In this document: one piece after another, positions 16,342 to 26,514 of the stretch
Position numbering within the stretch: position 1 is the first letter of the stretch
Layout: each line of letters opens with the position of its first letter
Assembly (NCBI GenBank): GCA_965207735.1
Contig: OZ242296.1
Coordinates: 1,440,001 to 1,504,000, forward strand
Source: Candidatus Versatilivorator sp.
GTDB taxonomy: Bacteria; Acidobacteriota; Terriglobia; Versatilivoradales; Versatilivoraceae
Reading direction: 5' to 3'
DNA: 64,000 nt
Program-made: the position numbers and the translations under genes
The notes under the pieces: model-generated
Told to the model about the DNA's origin: nothing
Databases searched by the model: none
What the model saw: the letters and a program-made list of their open reading frames with translations, nothing else

Positions 16342-19300
16342 ATGACCGGACCGGCCCCTTCCTACGTTCCCCTCTGGTGCAAGAGCAACTACTCCTTTCT
16401 GGAAGGAGCCAGCCATCCCGAAGAGTTGGTCGATGCCTGCCGGCAGAAGGGCATTCCCGCCCTGGCCCTCACCGACCGCCACGGGGTGTACGGGATGGTC
16501 AGGGCCCATGTCCGCGCCCGCCGGCAGCGCATCCACCTGATCGCGGGGTCGCAGATCAGCCTGGGGGAGGGAGCCGAGATCCTGCTGCTGGTTGAGAACG
16601 AGGAAGGTTACCGCAACCTCTGCCGACTGCTGACCGACGGGCACCTGCGTTCCTCCAAGGGGAAGTGCAGCCTGGACGGGCAGGCGGTGTGCGGTTGCAA
16701 CCGCGGCTTGCTTGCCCTGTGGATCGGCCCTCCCGACCCCAGGGCTTCTCCGGAAGCTGCCTTCGAACCCCTCCTGGGGCAGTTCAAAGCGGCATTCGAA
16801 GACCGTCTCTACATCCTGCTGGCCCGACACCGCCGGGCGGAGGAGATCCTGCCGGAGATTCAGTTGCGAAAGCTGGCGCGCCGGTTCAGCCTCCCTACCG
16901 TGGCAGCCGTGGAGATCCTCTATCACGTTCCTGAACGGCGGCGCCTGCAGGACGTTCTGACCTGCATCCGGGAAGGAGTCACCCTGACCACGGCCGGCCG
17001 GCTCATCCGTCCCAACGACCAGCACGCCCTCAAGAGCCCCGAGGAGCTGGCCCGCCTCTTCAGCGACGATCCGGAGTCGGTCCGGCGGACCCTGGAGGTG
17101 GCCGCCCGCTGTTCCTTTTCGCTGCAGGAACTGCGTTACCGCTATCCACTGGAGCCTCTGCCGGAAGGAAAGACCTCCAGCCAGCACCTGCGGGACCGGA
17201 CCTTCGAGGGAGCCGCCCGCCGCCTGGGCAAAAAGTTCCACGGCCTGATTCCACAACTGCGAAAGGAGCTCGATCTCATCCGGGAGCTGGAGTACGAAGG
17301 CTATTTCCTGACCATGCACGAGATCGTCGAGTACTGCCACCGCCGGCACATCCTCTGCCAGGGCCGAGGATCGGCCGCCAACTCGGCGGTCTGTTTTGCC
17401 TTGGGGATCACCAGCGTGGACCCGACCCAGGTGGATCTCCTCTTCGAGCGCTTTCTGTCCAGGGAGAGGGCCGAGCCTCCGGATATCGACCTGGACATCG
17501 AGCACGACCGCCGGGAAGAGGTGATCCAGCATGTCTACGAAAAGTACGGGCGCGATCGTGCTGCCATGGTGGCCAACGTGGTCCGTTACCGGCGTCGGTC
17601 CGCCATCCGGGAAGTGGGCAAGGTGCTGGGGGTTGCGGCCACCAGCCTGGACCGCCTGGCCAAGCTGGTGTCCCACGATCACTGCAACGCCGAGTTCATC
17701 CGGCAGGCCGGACTCGATCCCGGCAACCCTGCCCTGCTCCACCTGGCCTCTCTGGTGGAAGAGATTCAGGATTTTCCCCGTCACCTCTCCATTCATCCCG
17801 GGGGCTTTCTGCTGGGTCATCGCCCCGTCCACGACCTGGTGCCGATCGAGAACGCCTCCATGCCGGGCAGGACGGTCATTCAGTGGGACAAGGAAGACGT
17901 GGACCAGGCCGGCCTGTTCAAGGTAGACCTGCTGGGGCTGGGCGCCCTCACCCACCTGCACCTCTGCTTCGATCTCCTGCGGCGGCACCGGCAACGGGAG
18001 CTTTCCCTGGCTACCATGCCCAAGGGGGACCCCTCGACCTTTGAAATGATCTGCCGCAGCGACACGGTGGGAGTGTTTCAGATCGAGAGCCGCGCCCAGA
18101 TGGCCATGTTGGGGCGCCTGAAGCCGCGCAGCTACTACGACCTGGTGATCGAGATCAGCATCGTGCGCCCCGGACCCATCACCGGCGGCATGGTCCATCC
18201 CTATCTGCGGCGGCGCAATGGCCAGGAGGAAGTCCAGTACCCTCACCCCAGCCTCATTCCCGTCCTGAAGAAGACCCTGGGCATCCCCCTGTTCCAGGAA
18301 CAGGTGATGCAGCTGGCCATGGTGGCGGCCGACTACTCTCCCGGAGAGGCCGACCAGTTGCGGCGGGACATGGCGGCCTGGCGGCGTTCAGGGCGGATCG
18401 AGCGGCACCGGCAGCGGCTGGTCACCCGCATGGTGGCCAAGGGGATTCAGCCCGAGTTTGCCGAGCGTGTCTTCCAGCAGATCCGCGGATTCGGCGAATA
18501 CGGCTTCCCCGAGAGCCATGCCGCCAGCTTTGCCCATATCGCCTATGCCACCGCCTACCTCAAATGCCACTACCCGGCCGAGTTTGTCTGCGCCCTGCTG
18601 AATGCCCAGCCGATGGGGTTCTACTCGGCTGCCACCATCGTCAACGACGCCCGCATTCATGGAATCGAGGTGCGTCCGGTCAGCATTCTCGACAGCCACT
18701 GGGACTGCAGCCTGGTCGAAATTGAGGGAGCTACTGGAGAATCCGCCCAGTTCGCGGTCCGCATGGGGCTGCGCTACGTCAAGGGGCTGGGGCGGGAAGA
18801 CTGGCACAGGCTGGCGGAAGCGGCCCGGCAGGCTCCCTTCCGCAACCTTCCGGACCTGGCCCGGCGGAGCCGGCTCCACCAGGACAAGCTGGAAGCTCTG
18901 GCCGAGGCCGGGGCCCTCGAGTGTCTCGGTCTGGACCGTCGAGGGGCTCTTTGGCAGATTCAGGGACTGACCACCGAACCCCGGCCCCTGCTGCCCCTGG
19001 CCGGCCGCGATCCCTCGCCCCGGTTCCCCTCCCTGAGCGGGCTGGAAACCATCCTCTGGGACCATCGGGCCAGCAGCCACAGCTCCCGGGCCCACCTCCT
19101 GAAACCGCTGCGCCCCACTCTGGAAGTCCAGGGGCTGCCCACCGCGCGCCAACTCAACCGGATGCCGAACGGCCGCCTGGTCCGCTATGCCGGCATGGTC
19201 ATCTGCCGCCAGCGGCCGGGGACCGCGGGCGGAGTCACCTTCATGACCCTGGAAGACGAGACCGGCTTCGTCAACCTGGTCATCTGGAAGCAGACCTTCG

Positions 19301-19455
19301 AGCGCTATTCCCTGCTGGCCAAGACGCTTTCCTGCATGGGGGTCACCGGGAATCTGCAGGTGGCGGAAGGAGTCACCCACCTGGTGGTCCGAAAAATCTG
19401 GAAGCCGGAGCTGGAGAAGGAATCCCTCCACCTGAAGAGCCGGGACTTCCACTGA
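16342..19455 (+). CDS. dnaE2: Error-prone DNA polymerase DnaE2 (ImuC)
   Basis: PHP domain ([15 protein letters not shown]), [27 protein letters not shown]-terminal SRDFH signature. Confidence 0.96.
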   Translation: MTGPAPSYVPLWCKSNYSFLEGASHPEELVDACRQKGIPALALTDRHGVYGMVRAHVRARRQRIHLIAGSQISLGEGAEILLLVENEEGYRNLCRLLTDGHLRSSKGKCSLDGQAVCGCNRGLLALWIGPPDPRASPEAAFEPLLGQFKAAFEDRLYILLARHRRAEEILPEIQLRKLARRFSLPTVAAVEILYHVPERRRLQDVLTCIREGVTLTTAGRLIRPNDQHALKSPEELARLFSDDPESVRRTLEVAARCSFSLQELRYRYPLEPLPEGKTSSQHLRDRTFEGAARRLGKKFHGLIPQLRKELDLIRELEYEGYFLTMHEIVEYCHRRHILCQGRGSAANSAVCFALGITSVDPTQVDLLFERFLSRERAEPPDIDLDIEHDRREEVIQHVYEKYGRDRAAMVANVVRYRRRSAIREVGKVLGVAATSLDRLAKLVSHDHCNAEFIRQAGLDPGNPALLHLASLVEEIQDFPRHLSIHPGGFLLGHRPVHDLVPIENASMPGRTVIQWDKEDVDQAGLFKVDLLGLGALTHLHLCFDLLRRHRQRELSLATMPKGDPSTFEMICRSDTVGVFQIESRAQMAMLGRLKPRSYYDLVIEISIVRPGPITGGMVHPYLRRRNGQEEVQYPHPSLIPVLKKTLGIPLFQEQVMQLAMVAADYSPGEADQLRRDMAAWRRSGRIERHRQRLVTRMVAKGIQPEFAERVFQQIRGFGEYGFPESHAASFAHIAYATAYLKCHYPAEFVCALLNAQPMGFYSAATIVNDARIHGIEVRPVSILDSHWDCSLVEIEGATGESAQFAVRMGLRYVKGLGREDWHRLAEAARQAPFRNLPDLARRSRLHQDKLEALAEAGALECLGLDRRGALWQIQGLTTEPRPLLPLAGRDPSPRFPSLSGLETILWDHRASSHSSRAHLLKPLRPTLEVQGLPTARQLNRMPNGRLVRYAGMVICRQRPGTAGGVTFMTLEDETGFVNLVIWKQTFERYSLLAKTLSCMGVTGNLQVAEGVTHLVVRKIWKPELEKESLHLKSRDFH

Positions 19456-19560
19456 CAATCGATGGGCCTGAGGCTCACTCACAACCCCACCTCCGGCGAA
19501 CCCGAATTTCATCTCAGAAGGCACCGCAGTTCCACCCGGAAAATGACCACGCACCAACCC

Positions 19561-19604
19561 TTGACGGCAAGTCGTCCCTGAGATTAGACTAGATTCCAAC
19601 TAGT
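19561..19604 (+). promoter_or_regulatory. TA operon promoter with operator-like palindrome
   Basis: TTGACG, 18-bp spacer, TAGACT; ACTAG-N7-CTAGT (19588-19604) overlapping the -10 element. Confidence 0.5.
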
Positions 19605-19630
19605 TTATTTCTTGTTCAGGGAGGCTAAAC

Positions 19631-19873
19631 ATGCCTGAAGTAGGCGCGTTCGAGGCCAAGACCCATCTTCCCAGGTTGCTGGAACGGGTCCGGAAGGGCG
19701 AGCGCTTTGTGATTACCAAACACGGAAACCCCGTGGCCGAACTCATTCCATTCAGGAAACGCGATACGGCAAAAATTCGCGCAGCAATTGACGACCTCAA
19801 GGCATTTCAGGAAGCCCATAGCCTGGGTGGATTGTCGGTCAGGGAGTTGATCGAGGAAGGGCGCAAAAGCTGA
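19631..19873 (+). CDS. Phd/YefM-family antitoxin
   Basis: VGAFEAKTHLPRLLERV..GE.FVITKHG.PVAELIP; GGAGG ribosome site; TGATG overlap with toxin. Confidence 0.9.
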   Translation: MPEVGAFEAKTHLPRLLERVRKGERFVITKHGNPVAELIPFRKRDTAKIRAAIDDLKAFQEAHSLGGLSVRELIEEGRKS

Positions 19874-20279
19874 TGCCGTTTGTATTGGACTGCTCGGTAA
19901 CCATGGCCTGGCTGTTTCTCGATGAGGGTAACGATTCTACCGATGCGCTACGGGAGGAGTTGGTGATGGAGCACGCGGTTGTACCCGCGCTATGGCCCAT
20001 CGAGGTCGGCAATGCACTACTGGCTGCTACGCGGCGCGCAGGCTTTCCGAGGAGGATTGGCCGCGAATCCGCAATGACCTCGCGCAATTGCCTATTGAAA
20101 TCGACACGGATTCCTGTGCCAGGGTCTTGGACAGGGTACTGCCCGTAGCCAGGGATCATAGGCTGTCCGTATACGATGCAACCTACCTGGAACTTGCAAT
20201 GAGGCTTTCCCTGCCACTTGCCACACTGGACCGCCAACTAGCCGCAGCCGCCAGAGGGGCCGGCCTCGAGATTCTCTGA
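19873..20279 (+). pseudogene. vapC: VapC (PIN-domain) toxin split by a 1-nt deletion near 20038
   Basis: N-half FVLDCSVTMAW...WPIEVGNALL in one frame, C-half LSEED...LSVYDATYLELA...LATLDRQL in another. Confidence 0.8.
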
Positions 20280-20336
20280 AGGATTCCTACACGGTCGTAT
20301 CCTAATGCCAGGGGTCGGCTGGGCAACACCGGTCTT

Positions 20337-21239
20337 TCAGGACTCCCGTTCCAGCACGTAGTCGGCGATCTCGAGCAGCGGCCAGGCAGCGTCTCCCAGG
20401 AATTCAAGGCTGGACTTGGCCTGGGCAATCCGGCGCCGCGCTTCCTCTCTGGCCGCCTCCACACCCAACAGGCTGGCAAAGGTCACCATGTCCCGCTCCT
20501 GATCGCTGTGGGCGGCTTTGCCCATCTGCCTTGGGTCTCCCGTCACATTGAGAACGTCGTCAACGATCTGGAAGCCCAGGCCCAGCCCTTTGCCGTAGCG
20601 CCGCAACGCCCCCAGAACCCTGGAGTCGGCCCCCGCCAGCAGGCCCCCGCATTCCAATGAGGTCTCGATCAGCGCCCCGGTCTTGCGCCCGCAAGTCTCT
20701 TCCAGGGTTTCCTTTCGTCCATCCCGGGCGTCATTGGAGATATCCATGACCTGGCCGCCCACCAGGCCCACTGTACCGATGGCCCGGGCCACGGCGCGGG
20801 CTGCTGACAGCTGCGCGCCTTCGGGAAAACAGCCCTTTCGGTCTTCGGTCAGCAGGCACTCGAAGGCCAGCGCGGTCATGGCGTCTCCCGCCAGGACGGC
20901 CATGGCTTCTCCGAAGACCTTGTGGTTGGTGGGACGCCCGCGACGATAGTCGTCATCGTCCATGCAGGGCAGGTCGTCGTGGATCAGCGAGTAGGTGTGG
21001 ATCAGCTCCAGACCGCAGGCAGGCACCAGGATGGCGTCCTGGCTGCCGCCGGCGATCCGGTAGGCGGCGATGGCCAGGATGGGGCGAAGGCGCTTCCCAC
21101 CGGCAAAGACGCTGTAACGCATGGCCCGGTGGATGAGGCGGGGCTCCCGATCCTCCGGAGGCAGTACCTGCTCCAAGGTCCGGTCAACCTGAACCCTTTT
21201 TTCGCGCAGATACTTTTCTAATCGAGGGGACACGAACAC
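20337..21239 (-). CDS. ispA: Polyprenyl (farnesyl/geranylgeranyl) diphosphate synthase
   Basis: GGKRLRP, LIHDDLPCMDDDDYRRG, KTGAL, FQIVDD. Confidence 0.92.
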   Translation of the reverse strand: MFVSPRLEKYLREKRVQVDRTLEQVLPPEDREPRLIHRAMRYSVFAGGKRLRPILAIAAYRIAGGSQDAILVPACGLELIHTYSLIHDDLPCMDDDDYRRGRPTNHKVFGEAMAVLAGDAMTALAFECLLTEDRKGCFPEGAQLSAARAVARAIGTVGLVGGQVMDISNDARDGRKETLEETCGRKTGALIETSLECGGLLAGADSRVLGALRRYGKGLGLGFQIVDDVLNVTGDPRQMGKAAHSDQERDMVTFASLLGVEAAREEARRRIAQAKSSLEFLGDAAWPLLEIADYVLERES

Positions 21240-21254
21240 ACCCTGGACTCTCGG

Positions 21255-21455
21255 TTACTCAGCCAGCTCCCGGTCACGCTCGGATCGAGCTGTCGCACCA
21301 AGCGCGAGCTGCCTTCGAAGGTCCGCTCTCCCCTGTTCCTTGACGAAGCGTGTCACGGCTTCGTCAATCAACTTCGAACGCTGGCCTCGAGGTGCAGCAC
21401 GATCGAGCATCCTGACCGTTTGTTCCGGCAGGGTGATGTTGAGCCGTCGGTTCAT
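21255..21455 (-). CDS. RHH/CopG-type antitoxin-like protein without an adjacent toxin
   Basis: RLNITLPEQTV..LDR......RSKLIDEAV ribbon-helix-helix pattern; GAGG ribosome site. Confidence 0.6.
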   Translation of the reverse strand: MNRRLNITLPEQTVRMLDRAAPRGQRSKLIDEAVTRFVKEQGRADLRRQLALGATARSERDRELAE

Positions 21456-21514
21456 TGGGACCTCACGTTATCTTCGAGGGGACACGGCCACACCCGCACG
21501 GTGGTCTGTAAATG

Positions 21515-21985
21515 TTAAATCCCGCAATGAGCCAGGCCACGCTTTTCCAGGTACTGCTGGTGGTACTCCTCGGCTCGGTAGTAGGTGGAGGCCGCCGTGA
21601 TCTCGGTGACGATCGGGCGCGGATAGCGGCCGGAGGCGTTCCGCCTCTCCCTGGACTCCCGGGCTGCCGTTTCCTGGCGAGCGTCGTGAAAGAAGACGGC
21701 CGAACGATACTGGCTGCCGAAATCGGGCCCCTGGCGATTCAAGGTGGTGGGATCGTGATTGTCCCAAAAGATGTCCAGCAACTGCTCAAAGGTGACTTTG
21801 GAGGGATCGTATTCGATGTCGACCGCCTCGGCATGACCGGTGGTGCCGGTACACACCGCCCGGTAATCAGGATTTTCCAGGGTTCCTCCCGTGTAGCCCA
21901 CGGAAGTGGACAAGACCCCTTCGACCTGCCGAAAGGTGGCCTCGACGCCCCAGAAACAGCCGGCTGCAAACGTGGCCATGGCCAT
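21515..21985 (-). CDS. msrA: Peptide methionine sulfoxide reductase A
   Basis: [39 protein letters not shown]. Confidence 0.96.
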   Translation of the reverse strand: MAMATFAAGCFWGVEATFRQVEGVLSTSVGYTGGTLENPDYRAVCTGTTGHAEAVDIEYDPSKVTFEQLLDIFWDNHDPTTLNRQGPDFGSQYRSAVFFHDARQETAARESRERRNASGRYPRPIVTEITAASTYYRAEEYHQQYLEKRGLAHCGI

Positions 21986-22168
21986 GGATGCTCTCCTTTC
22001 TCCCCGCCCGTTCAGATATGGGGGCCAAGCCAGTATAGCGGATTTCCTGCCCAAGGAAGCGCCGGAGGACGAGATTCGCCAACCGATGATCCACATCCTG
22101 GATAATCAACCGTCATTCCCTGTGAATTGTTGTATGATCGGTGGCCGTATCCGATCCAGGGGGGAGCG

Positions 22169-23818
22169 ATGGACGCGATTTGGGCCGCGGCCGGCTGCTT
22201 GGTCACCTACGTCCTCTTCTACCGATTCTATGCCAGGTACCTGGGCCGATGGGTCTTCCGCCTGGACCCGGACAGACCGACTCCGGCCCACCAGTTGCGG
22301 GACAACGTCGACTACGTTCCCTGCCGGCGCAGTGTCCTGTTCGGACACCACTACGCCTCCATCGCCGGGCTCTCACCCATGCTGGGGCCTGCCATCGCGG
22401 TGATCTGGGGATGGCTTCCCGGCATGCTCTGGGTGGTGTTCGGCACCCTCCTCATCGGGGCCGTCCACGACTTCGGAGCCCTGGTCCTTTCCATGCGCAA
22501 CCGGGGCCTGAGCATCGGCAAGGTGGCCGAGGAAATCATCGGGCCGCGAGCCAAGTCCCTCTTCCACGTTCTTATCTTTTTCCTGGTCTGCCTGGCCATG
22601 GGCGTCTTTGTCCACGTGGTGGCCGGGCTGTTTACGGCCTCCTTCTACCCCGAGGCGGTCTTCCCGACATTCTCCCTGATCGCCATCGCTCTGGTGGTGG
22701 GCTGGGCCGCCTTCAGAAAGTCGATCTCGGTCTGGAAGCTCACCGTCGGGGGCTTCGTTTTAATGCTCTTCACCATCTGGCTGGGCCTGCAGTTCGATAA
22801 GCCCGATCTGACGGCCGGTGTATGGGGAGTGCTGATCCTGATCTATGCTTTCTGCGCCTCCACCCTTCCCGTCTGGGCCCTGCTTCAGCCGCGGGACTAT
22901 CTGAACTCCTTCCTCCTCTATCTGGGCCTGGGGCTCGCCTACGTCGGTTTCTTTGTCCTGCGACCCAACTTCGCGGCTCCGGTGCTGGACGCCAGTCCCG
23001 CCGGCGCTCCGCCCATCTTTCCCTTCGTCTTCATCGTCATCGCCTGCGGCGCCGTTTCCGGGTTCCACGGACTGGTCTCTTCAGGAACCACCTCCAAACA
23101 GATCTCGCGGGAAACCGATGCCGTCTCCATCGGCTACGGCGGCATGATCGGGGAGTCGCTGCTGGGCCTGCTGGCGGTGCTGGCCTGCACGGCCGGATTC
23201 CGAACCATCGAGGCCTGGAACACCCACTACCAGAGCTGGTCGACCGCCGGCACGCTCTCCGAAAAGATGCGGGCCTTCATCGATGGGGCGGCCCTGTTCA
23301 TCAGCCAACTGGGAGTACCCTTTTCCTGGGCCCAGGCCTTCATCGCCCTGGTGGCCGTGTCCTTTGCACTGACCTCTCTGGACTCCGGCACCAGGCTCCT
23401 ACGCTACAACATCACCGAGATCGCGAGCGGCCTGCGACTGCCGCTTCTGACCAACCGCCACCTCTCCTCCCTGCTGGCGGCGGTTTCCATCGGCTTCTTC
23501 GCCTTTTATGAAGTGGACGGCAAACCGGCCGGGCTCCTCCTGTGGAAGCTCTTCGGCAGCACCAACCAGGTCCTGGCGGCACTGACGTTGCTGACCATCG
23601 CCATCTACCTCCGGCAACGCGGCAGAAACCACTGGTTCGCCAGCCTGCCCATGCTCTTCATGATCACCGTAACCGTGATCGCCATGGTCATGGAGATAAA
23701 GGGCTACTGGATCTCCAGCCAATACCTCCTGCTCTCGGTAGGCGGCGCCATCCTCCTGCTGAGCCTCTGGGTCATGCTGGAGGCCTCCATTCGCTTTCGA
23801 AAAGACAGCCTCTCCTGA
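22169..23818 (+). CDS. cstA: Carbon starvation protein A family transporter
   Basis: TPAH...DNVDYVP, LFGHHYASIAG, LPVWALLQPRDY, IACGAVSGFH, GYGGMIGE, WKLFGSTNQ. Confidence 0.92.
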   Translation: MDAIWAAAGCLVTYVLFYRFYARYLGRWVFRLDPDRPTPAHQLRDNVDYVPCRRSVLFGHHYASIAGLSPMLGPAIAVIWGWLPGMLWVVFGTLLIGAVHDFGALVLSMRNRGLSIGKVAEEIIGPRAKSLFHVLIFFLVCLAMGVFVHVVAGLFTASFYPEAVFPTFSLIAIALVVGWAAFRKSISVWKLTVGGFVLMLFTIWLGLQFDKPDLTAGVWGVLILIYAFCASTLPVWALLQPRDYLNSFLLYLGLGLAYVGFFVLRPNFAAPVLDASPAGAPPIFPFVFIVIACGAVSGFHGLVSSGTTSKQISRETDAVSIGYGGMIGESLLGLLAVLACTAGFRTIEAWNTHYQSWSTAGTLSEKMRAFIDGAALFISQLGVPFSWAQAFIALVAVSFALTSLDSGTRLLRYNITEIASGLRLPLLTNRHLSSLLAAVSIGFFAFYEVDGKPAGLLLWKLFGSTNQVLAALTLLTIAIYLRQRGRNHWFASLPMLFMITVTVIAMVMEIKGYWISSQYLLLSVGGAILLLSLWVMLEASIRFRKDSLS

Positions 23819-23880
23819 ACCGCACATCTCACCGGTTGCTGGATACATTCTGTAAATTCGGGTCAAACAGGGAGATGGGG

Positions 23881-24309
23881 TCAAATTACGTAGAAGGACT
23901 GATGGTCAGCTCCGGGAACCACGCTTGGCGAGATGCGGGCATCGAATGTAACGAAGCGCCCTTGCTGCTCAACGGCGAGCGCCAACAGATAAACATCGCT
24001 GATCTGTTTGGAGCCAACTACCCGATGCCAATCTGCAACGCCCGGCTGCAGAAGACTGATTTGATCGGGCCAGAATTGATGGTGGCTGGTGGCCGTTGCC
24101 TCAAAGAGGCGTTGGGCAACGAGGGACGCTGCCAGGCTATTGGGATAGGCCGGGTGGGCCATGACCCGCAAACACCCATTCTGGGTGATTGGGCAGGTCG
24201 CCCAACCGTGTTGGATGTTGTCTCTCAACCACCGCCTGGCGGACTCGTGATGCAGGTGTTCGGCATCCAGCAAGGCGATCAGGACGTTCACATCCAGTAG
24301 CGCTCGCAT
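23881..24309 (-). CDS. vapC: VapC-family PIN toxin
   Basis: LLDVNVLIAL, WATCPITQNG, QISDVYLLALA, FVTFD. Confidence 0.9.
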   Translation of the reverse strand: MRALLDVNVLIALLDAEHLHHESARRWLRDNIQHGWATCPITQNGCLRVMAHPAYPNSLAASLVAQRLFEATATSHHQFWPDQISLLQPGVADWHRVVGSKQISDVYLLALAVEQQGRFVTFDARISPSVVPGADHQSFYVI

Positions 24310-24560
24310 CAGTCGCCCATCTCTTCGCGCAGCCGTCCGATCAGTTCGTTGGTGACGACACCGCCGCGTTTGGGAAACGGACGAAAGCCAAACTCGGCGC
24401 CGGGCTCTTCCGTTTGGCTATCCGGGTCCTCCGGTCCGGCCGGAGCCAGCGATTGCCGAAGCATGTCCGATATCACCGCGCTGGCCGATTTCGACTTGCG
24501 TTTTGCGAGTTCCTTGACGGCAATCAGCAAGTCATCGTCGATATTCAGAGTCGTTCGCAT
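24309..24560 (-). CDS. vapB: VapB-like antitoxin
   Basis: MRTTLNIDDDLL...VISD.LR, GVVTNELI..LRE; TGATG overlap with toxin. Confidence 0.88.
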   Translation of the reverse strand: MRTTLNIDDDLLIAVKELAKRKSKSASAVISDMLRQSLAPAGPEDPDSQTEEPGAEFGFRPFPKRGGVVTNELIGRLREEMGD

Positions 24561-24698
24561 GGCTGAATCCCAACCGGAAGATCACAAGGATTGATGCTAC
24601 CGCACTATGCATCACGCATCAATGTTCTTCGGCGGAAAAAATCCCCCGGCTTTCGAGGCCTTCACTCGTGAGCCGAATGCAGCCGGCGAAGCTGGAGG

Positions 24699-25567
24699 GT
24701 AGAGTCGAGGACTGGCGCGTTGACTATAGGGTCCGGTGGCTATTCCGTCGCTTTCGCTTCGGGCCTCAGTCCGGCTCCCTTATCACGTTTCCAGTCCCCG
24801 CTCTCCGAACCGGACGTGCGGTTTTCCCGCATCTCGGCTCTCCAGTGGGATCATGCGTCTCGCACACAGGTCCCCGCTCGCATCCGTGGACGACTCCTAT
24901 GGGATTGGCACCCGTCCCCCACTCCATCCACTTCCGCTCCCGGGTTGCCGCCAGGCCTGTTGATGCCCTGACGACGCCGTCCTCCTCCGACGACCCTTTC
25001 ACTTTTGCATGTGATGCTTCCGGAGTCTCCGGCCCTTTTTTGGTCGGGGTTTCAGGCTTTCGCCACTCCCGGGACCCTTCCCCCTTCGGTCACCGCTCCT
25101 CACCTGAGGCCCCTTCCCTCCACCGGTATTACCCGGCTTCTCCGGTACTACAGGCCTCTCCGCCACCCTGTCGGCCTAGACTGACTCTCGCGAGCTTCCG
25201 GTTCGGTGCGTGCCTCACCACCCACAGGGCTTCCCATGTTGCTGCCTTCTTCCCCTTCCATGCGTGCCAGCGCCACTACCCCGGCGGGTCCAAAGGGGTG
25301 CCCGCGTCGCTCGCTTCCCCCTCCGTCTTCGGCCTTCCCCATTTCTCAGGTGGGTCGGCCCCCGCATTGCCCGTTTCGAGGCCTGCTCGACGTTCACTCG
25401 CGTTCCGGCCCGCATGCTCGCTGAACCGCCTTAAGCGGCCCTTTGACACCAGAGGGCTTCAGACCATATCGTTACCTCCATGATCCGCCCTGGCTGCTAC
25501 CAACCGGAGCGACAGTTGTTGGACGGGTTTCGCACCCGTTGGAAGAAGGCGCCTTTCCATGGCGCAC
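24699..25567 (-). ncRNA. ORF-less group II intron (IIB-like), 869 nt
   Basis: 5' end GUGCG at 25567; domain III-like GGAGAGGCCUGUAGUACC...GGAGGGAAGGGGCCUC; domain V GAGCCGAGAUGCGGGAAAACCGCACGUCCGGUUC (24840-24807); domain VI ending CCAGUCCUCGACUCUAC at 24699; no RT ORF. Confidence 0.9.
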
Positions 25568-25584
25568 TGAGAAATGCGGGCTAA
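25568..25584. mobile_element. IS1380-type terminal inverted repeat (outer part) interrupted by the intron
   Basis: tgagaaatgcgggcta identical to the IS end at 12538-12553; the next IR bases (gg) resume at 24697-24698 across the intron. Confidence 0.8.
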
Positions 25585-25677
25585 CGTGGTTTTCTCCGGC
25601 AGTCGTCGGAGTGAGCCCATGGAATTCGGGTTGGTCAAGGCGTGGGATGGTACAGAGGGTTGTACGGCCCGAAGCGA

Positions 25678-26514
25678 CTACTGACCGGACGGGGGCTCGG
25701 GGGCGGCCGGTTCGGTTTGCGTCTTGGCCTGAGCCTCACGGGCCTGGCCGGCCATCTCGGCCAGATCTTCGATGGTGCGCAGGATGGGCAGAATCAATCG
25801 ATTGCCGCTGAGACGGGAACCGCCGAAGGCCATGCCGGCCGGGTTTTGCTTGGTCACCAGAATGCCCAGCGGCGCTCCCTGGGAGTCGTATACGATACAG
25901 CCCAGGTTGGTGGAGAGAGAGGCGTCGCACACATAGAAGGGGCGGGGGCCCTTTACCTTGGCTTCCACACGGCCCAGGTGCAACCGGATGGCTCGATTGC
26001 CGATCTTGCCCAGACGACCCACCGCAAAGACCTGATCCAGAACCTGAGGCTCCTGCCCGGCGGCGTCCAATGCCACCGCCTTGAAGGGATCCTCGGCTTC
26101 ACGGGGCTTGATGAAGATCATGTCCAGGTCGCTGTCCTTCAGGATCACTTCGGCGTCCACCTCGGTTCCGTCATCCAGAATGAGCGTGGTCTCCTTGAAC
26201 TCCGATTTGATATCGGCTCGGGTGGTGGCCCGCATCATGATGGTTGGGTCGAGCGCCGCGGCCGAAGCAACCGTCAACCCCGATCCGTCAATGACGGTTC
26301 CGTTGGCTTCTATCTTTCGTTCCTGGTCCCGGCTCTGGCCGCGGATGGAAAATTTGATTCCCATGACGACCCGCACCGTGACCAGCGCGCCCTTCGATTG
26401 CTCTGCCACGGATCGGGCCGTTTCCCGGATATCGCCGGCCTGGGCGACGGATGCCAGGAGCAATGCGATGACCGGATACAAGCAGCACTTTAGCGGACGG
26501 GCAAGGTTGATCAT
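25678..26514 (-). CDS. Secreted trypsin-like protein lacking catalytic His/Ser (pseudo-protease)
   Basis: Signal peptide (LLLASVAQA), NGTVIDGSGLTV, AEVILKDSDLDMIFIK, NLGCIVY in place of GNSGGP; ATGA overlap with upstream protease. Confidence 0.65.
   Translation of the reverse strand: MINLARPLKCCLYPVIALLLASVAQAGDIRETARSVAEQSKGALVTVRVVMGIKFSIRGQSRDQERKIEANGTVIDGSGLTVASAAALDPTIMMRATTRADIKSEFKETTLILDDGTEVDAEVILKDSDLDMIFIKPREAEDPFKAVALDAAGQEPQVLDQVFAVGRLGKIGNRAIRLHLGRVEAKVKGPRPFYVCDASLSTNLGCIVYDSQGAPLGILVTKQNPAGMAFGGSRLSGNRLILPILRTIEDLAEMAGQAREAQAKTQTEPAAPEPPSGQ

Noticed and set aside
14323-18246. 1307-aa minus-strand ORF and other long antisense ORFs (e.g. 26649-28703, 46431-48530, 61226-63289)
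   Set aside because: They lie opposite well-supported genes, carry no motifs, and are expected shadow frames in high-GC DNA
14277-19455. imuA-imuB-dnaE2 considered as a novel system
   Set aside because: Well-established SOS mutagenesis cassette; only its promoter is flagged
24668-25483. 271-aa plus-strand ORF and short minus-strand ORFs over the intron
   Set aside because: No RT motifs such as YADD; the region is explained by intron RNA structure
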